From: Candidatus Choladousia intestinigallinarum
GTDB taxonomy: Bacteria > Bacillota > Clostridia > Lachnospirales > Lachnospiraceae
Direction of reading: 5' to 3'
DNA: 54,826 nt
Assembly: GCA_018712605.1 (NCBI GenBank)
Contig: DVGR01000075.1
Location: 1-54,826 of the forward strand
Shown: in pieces, positions 46,886 to 54,826 of the stretch
Layout of the letters: every line of letters begins with the position of its first letter
Position numbering within the stretch: position 1 is the first letter of the stretch
Program-made: the position numbers and the translations under genes
Notes under the pieces: model-generated
Told to the model about the DNA's origin: nothing
The model's database searches: none
Seen by the model: only the letters and a program-made list of their open reading frames with translations

Positions 46886-49186
46886 TCATGTTTTTTGTGT
46901 TTTTTTTTTATCTTTTCCAGCGTCATGCATGTTGAACCAATTAAGTCTGAGAGCGTTGGTCACCACGCAGAAGCTGGATAAGCTCATAGCTGCCGCCCCG
47001 AACATGGGGTTTAGTTTCCATCCAAAGATAGGATACCACAATCCTGCTGCCAGGGGAATCCCCACAACGTTATAGAAAAAGGCCCAGAACAGATTTTCAT
47101 GGATGTTGCGCAGAGCCGCACGGCTTAGGCGGATGGCTGCCGGCACATCGCTTAAGCGGCTCTTCATAAGAACCACATCGGCCGCATCAATGGCAATGTC
47201 CGTCCCCGCTCCGATGGCAATTCCAATATCTGCCCTTGTGAGGGCCGGCGCGTCATTGATTCCATCTCCTACCATGGCGACCTTTCCCCTGTTCTTCAGG
47301 GAGCGGATCACGCTTTCTTTTCCATCCGGCAGCACACCGGCAATCACCTGATCCACCCCAGCCTGCTTTCCGATGGCCTTTGCCGTCCGTTCATTATCTC
47401 CGGTCAGCATCACCACCTGGATTCCCATATTCTGAAGCTGACGCACTGCCTGGGGGCTGTCCTCTTTCATCACATCCGCCACAGCGATGATACCGGTCAG
47501 CTCGCCGTCTTTGGCAAAAAAGAGAGGTGTCTTTCCTTCCTCTGCCAGTGCTTCCGCTCTCTGCTTTATTTCCGAAGAGACGGCGGCGCTCTTGGTGATA
47601 AAGGCCAGGTTGCCTCCTGTGAGAAGGGCTCCCTTCATTTTCCCTGACAGTCCGTTTCCAGGTACTGCCTGGAATTCCTCTGCCTCTGTTCCATCCTCGA
47701 CGCCATCCTCCTGTCCCCGGAGAAGGATCGCCCGGGCCAGGGGATGCTCGCTTTTTTTCTCCAGCACGTAAGCCATAGTCAGAAGTTCTCTCTCACTGTA
47801 TTTCCCTACAGGAATGAGATCTGTAACTCTGGGTTCTCCGCTGGTGATTGTACCCGTTTTATCCAGCGCTACTACATCCACCTTTCCCGTTTCCTCCAGG
47901 GAAACAGCAGTCTTGAACATGATCCCACGTTTGGCCCCCATGCCGTTTCCTACCATGATGGCCACAGGGGTAGCCAGCCCCAGGGCGCAGGGACAGCTGA
48001 TGACCAGCACGGAGATTCCCCTGGCCAGGGCAAAGCCGATGCTCTGGCCGGCCAGCAGCCATATAAGAATCGTCACAGCCGCAATGGAGATGACAGCGGG
48101 GACAAAGACTCCTGATACACGGTCTGCCACCTTGGCAATGGGAGCCTTTGTGGCCGCAGCATCGCTGACCATCTGGATAATCTGTGAAAGGGTAGTGTCC
48201 TCTCCCACTCTGGTGGCCTCACATTTGATAAACCCTGAATGGTTCAGAGTCGCTGCCGATACCTGGTCTCCGGGATTTTTATCCACGGGGATGCTTTCCC
48301 CGGTGAGGGCCGACTCGTTCACGGCGCTGCTGCCCTCTAAGACAATTCCGTCTACCGGGATGTTCTCTCCAGGACGCACCACAAAAAGATCGCCCTTTCT
48401 CACCTGATCCACGGAAACCTGAATCTCTTTTCCCTCCCGGAGAATATTGGCCGTCTTAGGCGCCAGCTTCATGAGGCTCTTCAGCGCATCTGTGGTCTTC
48501 CCCTTGGATCTTGCCTCCAGCATCTTTCCCACTGTGATCAGGGTGAGGATCATGGCCGCTGACTCAAAGTAAAACTCATGCATGTATGACATAACGGACT
48601 CTGCATCCATCCGCATCTGAGCATCTGTCATGGCAAACAAGGCATAGATGCTGTATACGTACGAGGCTGCCGAGCCAAGAGCCACCAAAGTGTCCATATT
48701 GGGAGCTTTGTGCCAGAGACTTTTAAAACCGCTGATAAAGAATTTCTGGTTCACTACCATAACGATTCCTGACAGAAGAAGCTGGATCAGCCCCATAGCC
48801 ACATGATTTCCCTGAAGAACTGCCGGAACCGGCCAGTTCCACATCATGTGCCCCATCGAGAAATACATCAGAGGCATTAAAAAGCAGAGGGAGACAATCA
48901 GACGGCGCTTCAAAACCGGCGTTTCCTTATCTTTTAGAAAGTCTTCTTCCTTGGCCGTGCCCACAGAAGACTGTGCCTTTTCTCCTGCCTTTTTCAGTGC
49001 GGCTCCGTAGCCGGCCTCCTCCACTGCGGCAATCACCGCTGAGGCCTCCGCGCTGCCCTCCACCCCCATAGAATTTGTCAAAAGGCTGACTGAGCAGGCC
49101 GTCACTCCCGGCACTTTTGAGACTGCTTTCTCCACTCTGGCGCTGCAGGCCGCACAGCTCATGCCTGTAACTGAATATTGTTCCAT
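46886..49186 (-). CDS. copA: Cu(I)-translocating P1B-1 ATPase CopA
   Basis: GMSCAAC, YFES, TGES, CPCALGLATP, DKTGT, SEHPL, GDGINDAP, YN and MSLSS motifs. Confidence 0.95.
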   Translation of the reverse strand: MEQYSVTGMSCAACSARVEKAVSKVPGVTACSVSLLTNSMGVEGSAEASAVIAAVEEAGYGAALKKAGEKAQSSVGTAKEEDFLKDKETPVLKRRLIVSLCFLMPLMYFSMGHMMWNWPVPAVLQGNHVAMGLIQLLLSGIVMVVNQKFFISGFKSLWHKAPNMDTLVALGSAASYVYSIYALFAMTDAQMRMDAESVMSYMHEFYFESAAMILTLITVGKMLEARSKGKTTDALKSLMKLAPKTANILREGKEIQVSVDQVRKGDLFVVRPGENIPVDGIVLEGSSAVNESALTGESIPVDKNPGDQVSAATLNHSGFIKCEATRVGEDTTLSQIIQMVSDAAATKAPIAKVADRVSGVFVPAVISIAAVTILIWLLAGQSIGFALARGISVLVISCPCALGLATPVAIMVGNGMGAKRGIMFKTAVSLEETGKVDVVALDKTGTITSGEPRVTDLIPVGKYSERELLTMAYVLEKKSEHPLARAILLRGQEDGVEDGTEAEEFQAVPGNGLSGKMKGALLTGGNLAFITKSAAVSSEIKQRAEALAEEGKTPLFFAKDGELTGIIAVADVMKEDSPQAVRQLQNMGIQVVMLTGDNERTAKAIGKQAGVDQVIAGVLPDGKESVIRSLKNRGKVAMVGDGINDAPALTRADIGIAIGAGTDIAIDAADVVLMKSRLSDVPAAIRLSRAALRNIHENLFWAFFYNVVGIPLAAGLWYPIFGWKLNPMFGAAAMSLSSFCVVTNALRLNWFNMHDAGKDKKKTQKT

Positions 49187-49235
49187 TTTTCCCTCCTGTT
49201 CTCCCCTGGACAAAGATCCCGAACATGGCCAGCCT

Positions 49236-49544
49236 CTACTTCATCAGTTTCTGAAGAGTGGCCACCAGCTCGTCAATGGTCTCTTCTTTCCCTTCACGGA
49301 TATCCTCCGCCACACAGGTCCGAATGTGATTTGCCAGGAGTACTTTATTGAAACTGTTCAATGCGGCGTTGGCCGCTGATACCTGCACCAGAATCTCCGG
49401 GCAGTATGCATCATTCTCCACCATCCTTCGGATTCCCCGGATCTGCCCCTCTATGCGGCTGAGCCGGTTCAAAAGATCCTTATACTCTTTCTCAGAGCGT
49501 TCTTTCGTCTTATGGTGGCTGCAACAGACTTGTTTCTCTTCCAT
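49236..49544 (-). CDS. csoR: Copper-sensing repressor CsoR
   Basis: RLSRIEGQIRGI..AYC..NHIRTC..DEL: C-H-C ligands plus second-shell Tyr/Glu; directly upstream of copA. Start could be 49568. Confidence 0.92.
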   Translation of the reverse strand: MEEKQVCCSHHKTKERSEKEYKDLLNRLSRIEGQIRGIRRMVENDAYCPEILVQVSAANAALNSFNKVLLANHIRTCVAEDIREGKEETIDELVATLQKLMK

Positions 49545-49579
49545 GATTAATTCTACACTCCTTTTCATCTCCCGTCCTT

Positions 49580-49624
49580 TATACCCTATGGGGGTATTAT
49601 ATACCCCTAAGGGGTATATTGCAA
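49580..49624 (-). promoter_or_regulatory. cso promoter with tandem CsoR operators
   Basis: ATACCCTATGGGGGTAT (49581-49597) and TATACCCCTAAGGGGTATA (49600-49618) overlapping TTGCAA-17 nt-TATAAT. Confidence 0.88.
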
Positions 49625-49652
49625 GAGAAATTTCTCCCTTTTTTAAAAAATT

Positions 49653-50510
49653 TTAGCTCTCTGCCCGTTCTTGATTCTCATATTTCAGGTAATCCCTTTC
49701 TTTTTCCTTTTTTCTGGGAATCAGACGCCAGACCAAGTTTCCTTTGCCTCTATTTTTTACATAGAAGTACCCGAACACGGAAAAAACCACCGCCCCGATG
49801 AAATTAACGATCAAGTCCTCCATGGTATCCAGCAGACCGATATCCAGATATCCGCCCAGACCCAACTCCTGTCCGTTTACCATGACCTCTTCAATTCCGC
49901 CGATGACCACAGGCACATTTTTTCCCTGAGAGTTCAGCATCACGGAAGAGATGGTATGAATCACCGTATCCTTCTGCATATCGAGGCCTCCTAACTGATC
50001 CATGGCAAATTCAAAGAATTCCCACACAACCCCGATGGTCATAGAAAAGCAAAGAGCCACAATGGCTGTGAACAGGGGTGAAAGCTGAAACAGCACTTTA
50101 TCGCTCCGGTTCAGCAGATCCACCATGGAAAAACCAATGGCAGCCGCCAGAAACCCGTTCATAGTATGCAGCATCGTATCCCAGAAGGGAAAAAGCAGAT
50201 AAAATTCCGAGATCTCTCCTAAAATCTCAGCGGCAAAAATAAAGATGAGAATAATACTTTCCAGTACGGTGGGAAGCTCGATCCGCATGGTCACCTGCGC
50301 CGCGCTGGGCAGGATCAGCAGAAAGAGGGTCAGGATGCATAGAAAGACATTTTCATAATTCTGATTCAAAACTTGAATCACTGCCATAATTATTACCAGC
50401 ACCCGGAGGCAGGTATACACTATAAAAGAACTTTTATGCTCCCGAAGCTCCAGCCACAGGGCTTTGCCGAATTTTGTCTTCCAGTGGTGTCTTTTTTTGT
50501 TCTTTTTCAT
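49653..50510 (-). CDS. Conserved hypothetical polytopic membrane protein (DUF2238-like)
   Basis: Multiple TMs with WDTMLH, VWEFFEF and DTMEDL motifs. Confidence 0.7.
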   Translation of the reverse strand: MKKNKKRHHWKTKFGKALWLELREHKSSFIVYTCLRVLVIIMAVIQVLNQNYENVFLCILTLFLLILPSAAQVTMRIELPTVLESIILIFIFAAEILGEISEFYLLFPFWDTMLHTMNGFLAAAIGFSMVDLLNRSDKVLFQLSPLFTAIVALCFSMTIGVVWEFFEFAMDQLGGLDMQKDTVIHTISSVMLNSQGKNVPVVIGGIEEVMVNGQELGLGGYLDIGLLDTMEDLIVNFIGAVVFSVFGYFYVKNRGKGNLVWRLIPRKKEKERDYLKYENQERAES

Positions 50511-50584
50511 ATACTTTTCCTTTCTTTGATTGTATCTTTAAAAACCAGGTGTATAATGGAAGAAAAAATCTGAGGTGTATCATA

Positions 50585-51862
50585 ATGGAATTAAATTCCT
50601 CCAACCATCCCAATTTCTTTCTGCGTCAAAATACCCAGCGTCTTGTTACCGTTGTCAAATGGATCTTCTTTTCCTTGTTTTCCGGCATATGCATCGGCCT
50701 GGCGGGAACGGCTTTTTATCACTGCCTGAATCTCGTAACCCGCACCCGCACAGAATATCCCTGGCTGATTTTTCTGCTTCCCGCCGGAGGTATGCTGATT
50801 GTCTTCCTGTACCGCCTTTTCCGAAACGAAAATGACAGAGGGACAAATCTGGTGCTGACCGCAATCTCCTCCGGTGAGAGAATTCCCCTGCGCATGGCTC
50901 CTTCGATTTTTCTCTCTACCCTGATCACCCATCTTTTTGGCGGTTCTGCCGGCCGTGAGGGCGCTGCCCTGCAGCTTGGCGGGAGTATCGGAAATTTCTT
51001 AGGGAAAACTTTCCGGATGGATGAGAAAGATCAGCATATTATGATCATGTGCGGCATGAGCGCCGCTTTTTCCTCTGTCTTCGGAACTCCTATGGCCGCC
51101 GCCGTCTTTTCTATGGAGGTGGTTACGGTAGGCATCATGCACTATTCCGCCCTGGTTCCCTGCGTGCTGGCTTCTCTGGCCGCCCACCAACTGGCCCTTT
51201 TTCTGGGCGCTGCCCCGGAAGCCTTCGCAGTGACACAGATACCAGAGTTTTCTCTTTCCTCTGCCTGCCTGGCCGCTCTGCTTGCGGCTCTGTGCGCCGT
51301 GATCAGCGTCTGCTTCTGCTGGATGCTCCACAATGCGGAAAAAGGCTACCGGTATTTCTTCAAAAATCCATATGTTCGGGCCGCTGCCGGAGGAGTCCTG
51401 GTGCTTCTTCTGACCCTTCTTGTGGGAAACCAGAATTACAACGGCAGCGGCACCCATCTTCTTCCCCTCTTTTTTTCAGGGGAAGGAGGCGCCATGCCGG
51501 AGGCCGTTCTCTTGAAGATGTGCTTCACGGCTCTCACCATTGGCGCAGGCTTCAAAGGCGGGGAAATCGTTCCCTCCTTCTTCGTAGGCGCCGCCTTCGG
51601 CTCTCTCTTTGCCGCACTGACAGGATGTCCCGCTGATATCTGCACAGCCGTGGGAATGACCTCTGTCTTCTGCGGTGTGACCAACTGCCCCATTACCTCC
51701 CTTCTGATCAGCTTCGAACTTTTTGGATACGAGGGAATGCCGTATTATCTCATCGCCGTAGCCTTCAGTTATATGCTCTCCGGCTATGCGGGACTTTATC
51801 GGGGCCAGAAAATCGCATACTCAAAATTCAAAACCAACTACATAAACAGGCAGGCCGAATAA
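50585..51862 (+). CDS. CLC-family anion transporter (CLC-F-like motifs)
   Basis: GTNLV, GGSAGREGAALQ, FGTP and FKGGEIVP motifs. Confidence 0.88.
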   Translation: MELNSSNHPNFFLRQNTQRLVTVVKWIFFSLFSGICIGLAGTAFYHCLNLVTRTRTEYPWLIFLLPAGGMLIVFLYRLFRNENDRGTNLVLTAISSGERIPLRMAPSIFLSTLITHLFGGSAGREGAALQLGGSIGNFLGKTFRMDEKDQHIMIMCGMSAAFSSVFGTPMAAAVFSMEVVTVGIMHYSALVPCVLASLAAHQLALFLGAAPEAFAVTQIPEFSLSSACLAALLAALCAVISVCFCWMLHNAEKGYRYFFKNPYVRAAAGGVLVLLLTLLVGNQNYNGSGTHLLPLFFSGEGGAMPEAVLLKMCFTALTIGAGFKGGEIVPSFFVGAAFGSLFAALTGCPADICTAVGMTSVFCGVTNCPITSLLISFELFGYEGMPYYLIAVAFSYMLSGYAGLYRGQKIAYSKFKTNYINRQAE

Positions 51863-51867
51863 TAGAA

Positions 51868-51901
51868 AAAGCGTACAGTCTTCTTGAACTCTGTACGCTT
51901 T
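51868..51901. terminator. Hairpin between convergent genes
   Basis: AAAGCGTACAG/CTGTACGCTTT stem. Confidence 0.7.
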
Positions 51902-51915
51902 CTCTTTTGATTTGC

Positions 51916-52875
51916 CTATTCTGACAGCTTCTCATCCAGGGAAAATACAGCTTCCAGAAGATATTCCCGGAATTTATCCGAATCTCCTTTTAAAAGAACC
52001 ATCACCGGCGGCTCCTGACCGTGCGCACTGCTTCTTCTGTCACATACTGTGGCTCCCCGGCTGATCCCCTGGCTGCAGTCCACCTGCACGTACATCTTCT
52101 CTCCCTGGAAAAGCTCCGGGTGAAGCAGATACATAAAGGGCACTGCGTCATGGATGCTGGCTGTCTCTTTATCTCTGTAGCCGGGACTGTCCAGATAAAA
52201 CTGGAGCATCTTTCCCACTTTTTCTGAAACTTTGCCGTCTCTCTCCAGCAGAAACGCCATGGCTTCCCGGTTCAGGCCGCATTTTGCCGTCACATCCAAC
52301 CCGCACATAACGATGGGAAGTCCAGAGAGAAAAACCATGGCTGCCCCTTCCGGATCCTCATAAATATTAAATTCCGCATTAGCTGTCACATTTCCCCCTG
52401 TACAGGCGCCGCCCATAATTACGATTTCCTGAATCCGCTCCCGGACTTCAGGGCACGCCTTCAGCAAAAGTCCCACATTCGTAAGAGGGCCGGTGGCTAT
52501 CAAAGTCACCTTCTCCTGGGCTGGAAGCTCCATGATCTTATTTCTCATGAAGAGAACGGCATTCTCCCCCGCTGGCTCTGCTTCCGCCCTTGGAAACGGC
52601 ACGTCCCCCAATCCGTTTTTTCCATGGATCCCGGAGGCAGTCAGCGGTTCCCGGATCACCGGCGTCCTGGCTCCCTGGGCCACCGGCACATCCAGCTTTA
52701 AAAACTCTGAAAGCCGCAGAGCGTTATCCGTTACTTTCTCAATGGTCTGATTTCCTGCCACCGTGGTAATTCCAAGAAAGCAAAATGCTTCCGTATGGGC
52801 CGCAGCCAGACATAAAGCAATGGCATCATCAATTCCCGGATCACAGTCCAAAAGGATTTTTCGTCTACTGTCCAT
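51916..52875 (-). CDS. Inosine/uridine-preferring nucleoside hydrolase
   Basis: DCDPGIDD, IHGKNGLG, GPLTN, MGG..GN..AEFN..DPE, GLDVT, HD motifs. Confidence 0.94.
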   Translation of the reverse strand: MDSRRKILLDCDPGIDDAIALCLAAAHTEAFCFLGITTVAGNQTIEKVTDNALRLSEFLKLDVPVAQGARTPVIREPLTASGIHGKNGLGDVPFPRAEAEPAGENAVLFMRNKIMELPAQEKVTLIATGPLTNVGLLLKACPEVRERIQEIVIMGGACTGGNVTANAEFNIYEDPEGAAMVFLSGLPIVMCGLDVTAKCGLNREAMAFLLERDGKVSEKVGKMLQFYLDSPGYRDKETASIHDAVPFMYLLHPELFQGEKMYVQVDCSQGISRGATVCDRRSSAHGQEPPVMVLLKGDSDKFREYLLEAVFSLDEKLSE

Positions 52876-53057
52876 CTTCTATATCCCCTTCCGTCTGTCA
52901 GATGTTTTCTTTCCATACTCTTTGTACTTTGAATGTCTCTTATAATACCATGAATAGAATGGGTGTGCAATAGAAATGCATCTGGACGTTTTCTGAAATT
53001 CGTGTATACTGGAACTGACAATACGGTAATTTTTTATAGAACTAAAAGGAGCAGGGT

Positions 53058-53720
53058 ATGATTAAAGCAGTGCTTTTTGATATGGATGGTATTATGTTTG
53101 ACACAGAAAAAATTATGAGCGACGGTTGGCAGGAAGCCGCCCGCCAGCTTGGCTTCGTCCTCACCGACCAGCAGATGAATCAGATGAGAGGCAGCTCAAA
53201 AGCCAGAAACACGGCACTCTTTAAAGAGTGGTACGGAGAAAAGGTAGATTATGAGGAGGGGCGCCGCATCCGCTCAAAGTATCAGGAAGATTATATCGCC
53301 GCCCATTCCCTGCCTGAAAAGCCTGGCCTTCATGAACTCCTGCAGTGGCTGAAGGAACAGGGGATTCCCGCTGCCGTAGCCACATCCACCTCCCGAGAAG
53401 ACGCCCAGCGCTATTGGAAGCTGGCTGGTATCTCTTCCTTACTGTCCGCTTCCATCTGCGGAGATGAAGTCGTTCACAGCAAGCCTGACCCGGAAATTTT
53501 TCTGAAGGCAGCCGCAAAGCTTGGCGTCCCCATTGAAAACTGCCTGGTTTTGGAAGACAGCATCAACGGCCTGCGGGCCGCTAAAAGTGCAGGCGCCCTC
53601 TCCTGCATGGTGCCGGACCTGACACCCTATACACCGGAGCTGGCGCCTGTCTGTGACCACGTGTGCAAAAACCTTCTGGAATGTATTCCTCTGATCCAAA
53701 GGATAAATGGACACCTGTAA
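53058..53720 (+). CDS. HAD-family phosphatase (beta-PGM-like)
   Basis: FDMDG, ATST, KPDPEIF and EDSING motifs. Confidence 0.93.
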   Translation: MIKAVLFDMDGIMFDTEKIMSDGWQEAARQLGFVLTDQQMNQMRGSSKARNTALFKEWYGEKVDYEEGRRIRSKYQEDYIAAHSLPEKPGLHELLQWLKEQGIPAAVATSTSREDAQRYWKLAGISSLLSASICGDEVVHSKPDPEIFLKAAAKLGVPIENCLVLEDSINGLRAAKSAGALSCMVPDLTPYTPELAPVCDHVCKNLLECIPLIQRINGHL

Positions 53721-53735
53721 TGTTGCTTTATACTG

Positions 53736-54650
53736 TCAGGCATTTCTGAATACAGCCTGGAAGACAATCCCCGCCGGATCGGTGAGCTTTCCTTCCAGGC
53801 TTCCTTCCATCTTTTCCATGAGACTCTTGGCAATGGTAAGGCCCAGCCCCGTCCCCTGGCTGCCCCTTGCCTTGTCTTTTACATAGAAGCGGTCAAATAA
53901 GTGGGTAAATTCCTCCTCCGACAAATCTCCTCGGTCATTTTCAAAAAATAAAACCGTTTTATCACCTTCCCTGGCCGCGCGGATATGCAAGTATTCTTTT
54001 CCGTAGCGCTTCACGTTCTGAAGAAGATTGCTGATCACCCGTTCGACAGCTTCAGAATTTCCTCTGACCTCCATGGGAGAATCCGGAATCTCAATGGTAC
54101 AGGCAATGTGCCGCCTCTCCAGCTCTCCGTAAGAGTCCAGAACCGCTTCCCGCAGAATTCTAGCCACGTCGATGGTCTCCATTTGCGGCGTGTAATCTGA
54201 AGAGACAGCTCTGGAAAAATCATAAAATTGTCCGATCAGCCTTTGCAAAACCTCTGCTTTTCTTTGGATAATCTGAAAATCATCCCGCTCTTCCCTGGTC
54301 ATATCCGATTGATTCATCAATTTCAGATAACCAAGAATGGAAGTCAGTGGCGTCCGAAGGTCATGACTGATATCTTCAATCTGACGCTGAAACTCTTTTT
54401 CTCTCCGGTCAAAGTCTGTCTTTTCCCTGCGTATCTCGTAGAGCGTGTCATTCATCTCTTTCAGAAGCCTTTCCAGCTCCCGGTCCGACGTATCCATCTT
54501 TAAAATTCTGTTTTCTTCTATCTCATTCCTGATTTCTCTCAGTTCATCGGCTGTTCGTCCAAGAGCATTCTTCAGCAGGCAAAGGCGTACCAGAAGGCAG
54601 GCGGAAACTGCCAGAAACAAAATCATTCCTCCTAAAGCCATGTAAAACAT
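53736..54650 (-). CDS. Single-TM sensor histidine kinase
   Basis: DISHDLRTPLT, NLLQN, FDRFY, GTGLGL. Confidence 0.92.
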   Translation of the reverse strand: MFYMALGGMILFLAVSACLLVRLCLLKNALGRTADELREIRNEIEENRILKMDTSDRELERLLKEMNDTLYEIRREKTDFDRREKEFQRQIEDISHDLRTPLTSILGYLKLMNQSDMTREERDDFQIIQRKAEVLQRLIGQFYDFSRAVSSDYTPQMETIDVARILREAVLDSYGELERRHIACTIEIPDSPMEVRGNSEAVERVISNLLQNVKRYGKEYLHIRAAREGDKTVLFFENDRGDLSEEEFTHLFDRFYVKDKARGSQGTGLGLTIAKSLMEKMEGSLEGKLTDPAGIVFQAVFRNA

Positions 54651-54680
54651 TCCGGTACGCTCCTTCCTATAAAATCCTTC

Positions 54681-54826
54681 TTATAATTCTTTTCTGTGAT
54701 TCATACAGAACCCAAGGAACAGAAACACTCCTATCCCGACGAAACCTGATATAAGACACTTCGCCATTCCCTGACTATTCATCCAAAGGCAGTCATACTG
54801 GCTCGCACTGGCCTGTACCTCCAACT
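54681..54826 (-). CDS. Partial C-terminus of a membrane protein, probably an ABC permease
   Basis: Manual translation ...GMAKCLISGFVGIGVFLFLGFCMNHRKEL*; a terminal TM followed by RKEL is typical of ABC-2 permeases. Confidence 0.55.
   Translation of the reverse strand, partial: LEVQASASQYDCLWMNSQGMAKCLISGFVGIGVFLFLGFCMNHRKEL

Noticed and set aside
52876-53057. Possible purine riboswitch upstream of the nucleoside hydrolase
   Set aside because: No purine aptamer core seen; the region looks like ordinary divergent promoters.

Overview
Gene-dense chromosomal segment from a Clostridia-type Firmicute. Gene content suggests a gut Lachnospiraceae-like organism (inference). No prophage, integrase, transposase, CRISPR array or rRNA is visible. 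In order it holds: partial mgtE, a PAP2 phosphatase, tRNA-Gly(GCC), fba, a larB-larC-GNAT-YgjV-RluA-DUF4317 run, a GH13 glucosidase with a divergent AraC regulator, a non-canonical P1B-ATPase/CsoR-family pair, a MATE pump, phenylacetate-CoA ligase plus ACT protein, a domain-permuted GH3, a ZIP transporter, tRNA-Arg(ACG), an L,D-transpeptidase, a complete Pho locus, an atypical MurE behind a two-component system, a DUF523-nitroreductase-ogg-nth run, a TCS-ABC exporter module, a lone Na+-decarboxylase beta subunit with a 39-aa partner, csoR-copA-copZ, a CLC protein, a nucleoside hydrolase, a HAD phosphatase and a kinase. The most interesting signals are non-coding or small: a ~300-nt structured, internally duplicated leader before the phenylacetate-CoA ligase gene; copA and copZ separated by one base in an A10 tract; a candidate Na+ riboswitch; a Pro-containing uORF overlapping the mgtE start; an unannotated 39-aa gene with its own promoter and terminator; and a family of dispersed palindromic intergenic repeats. 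All calls come from reading the sequence and recognising motifs; no searches were run.
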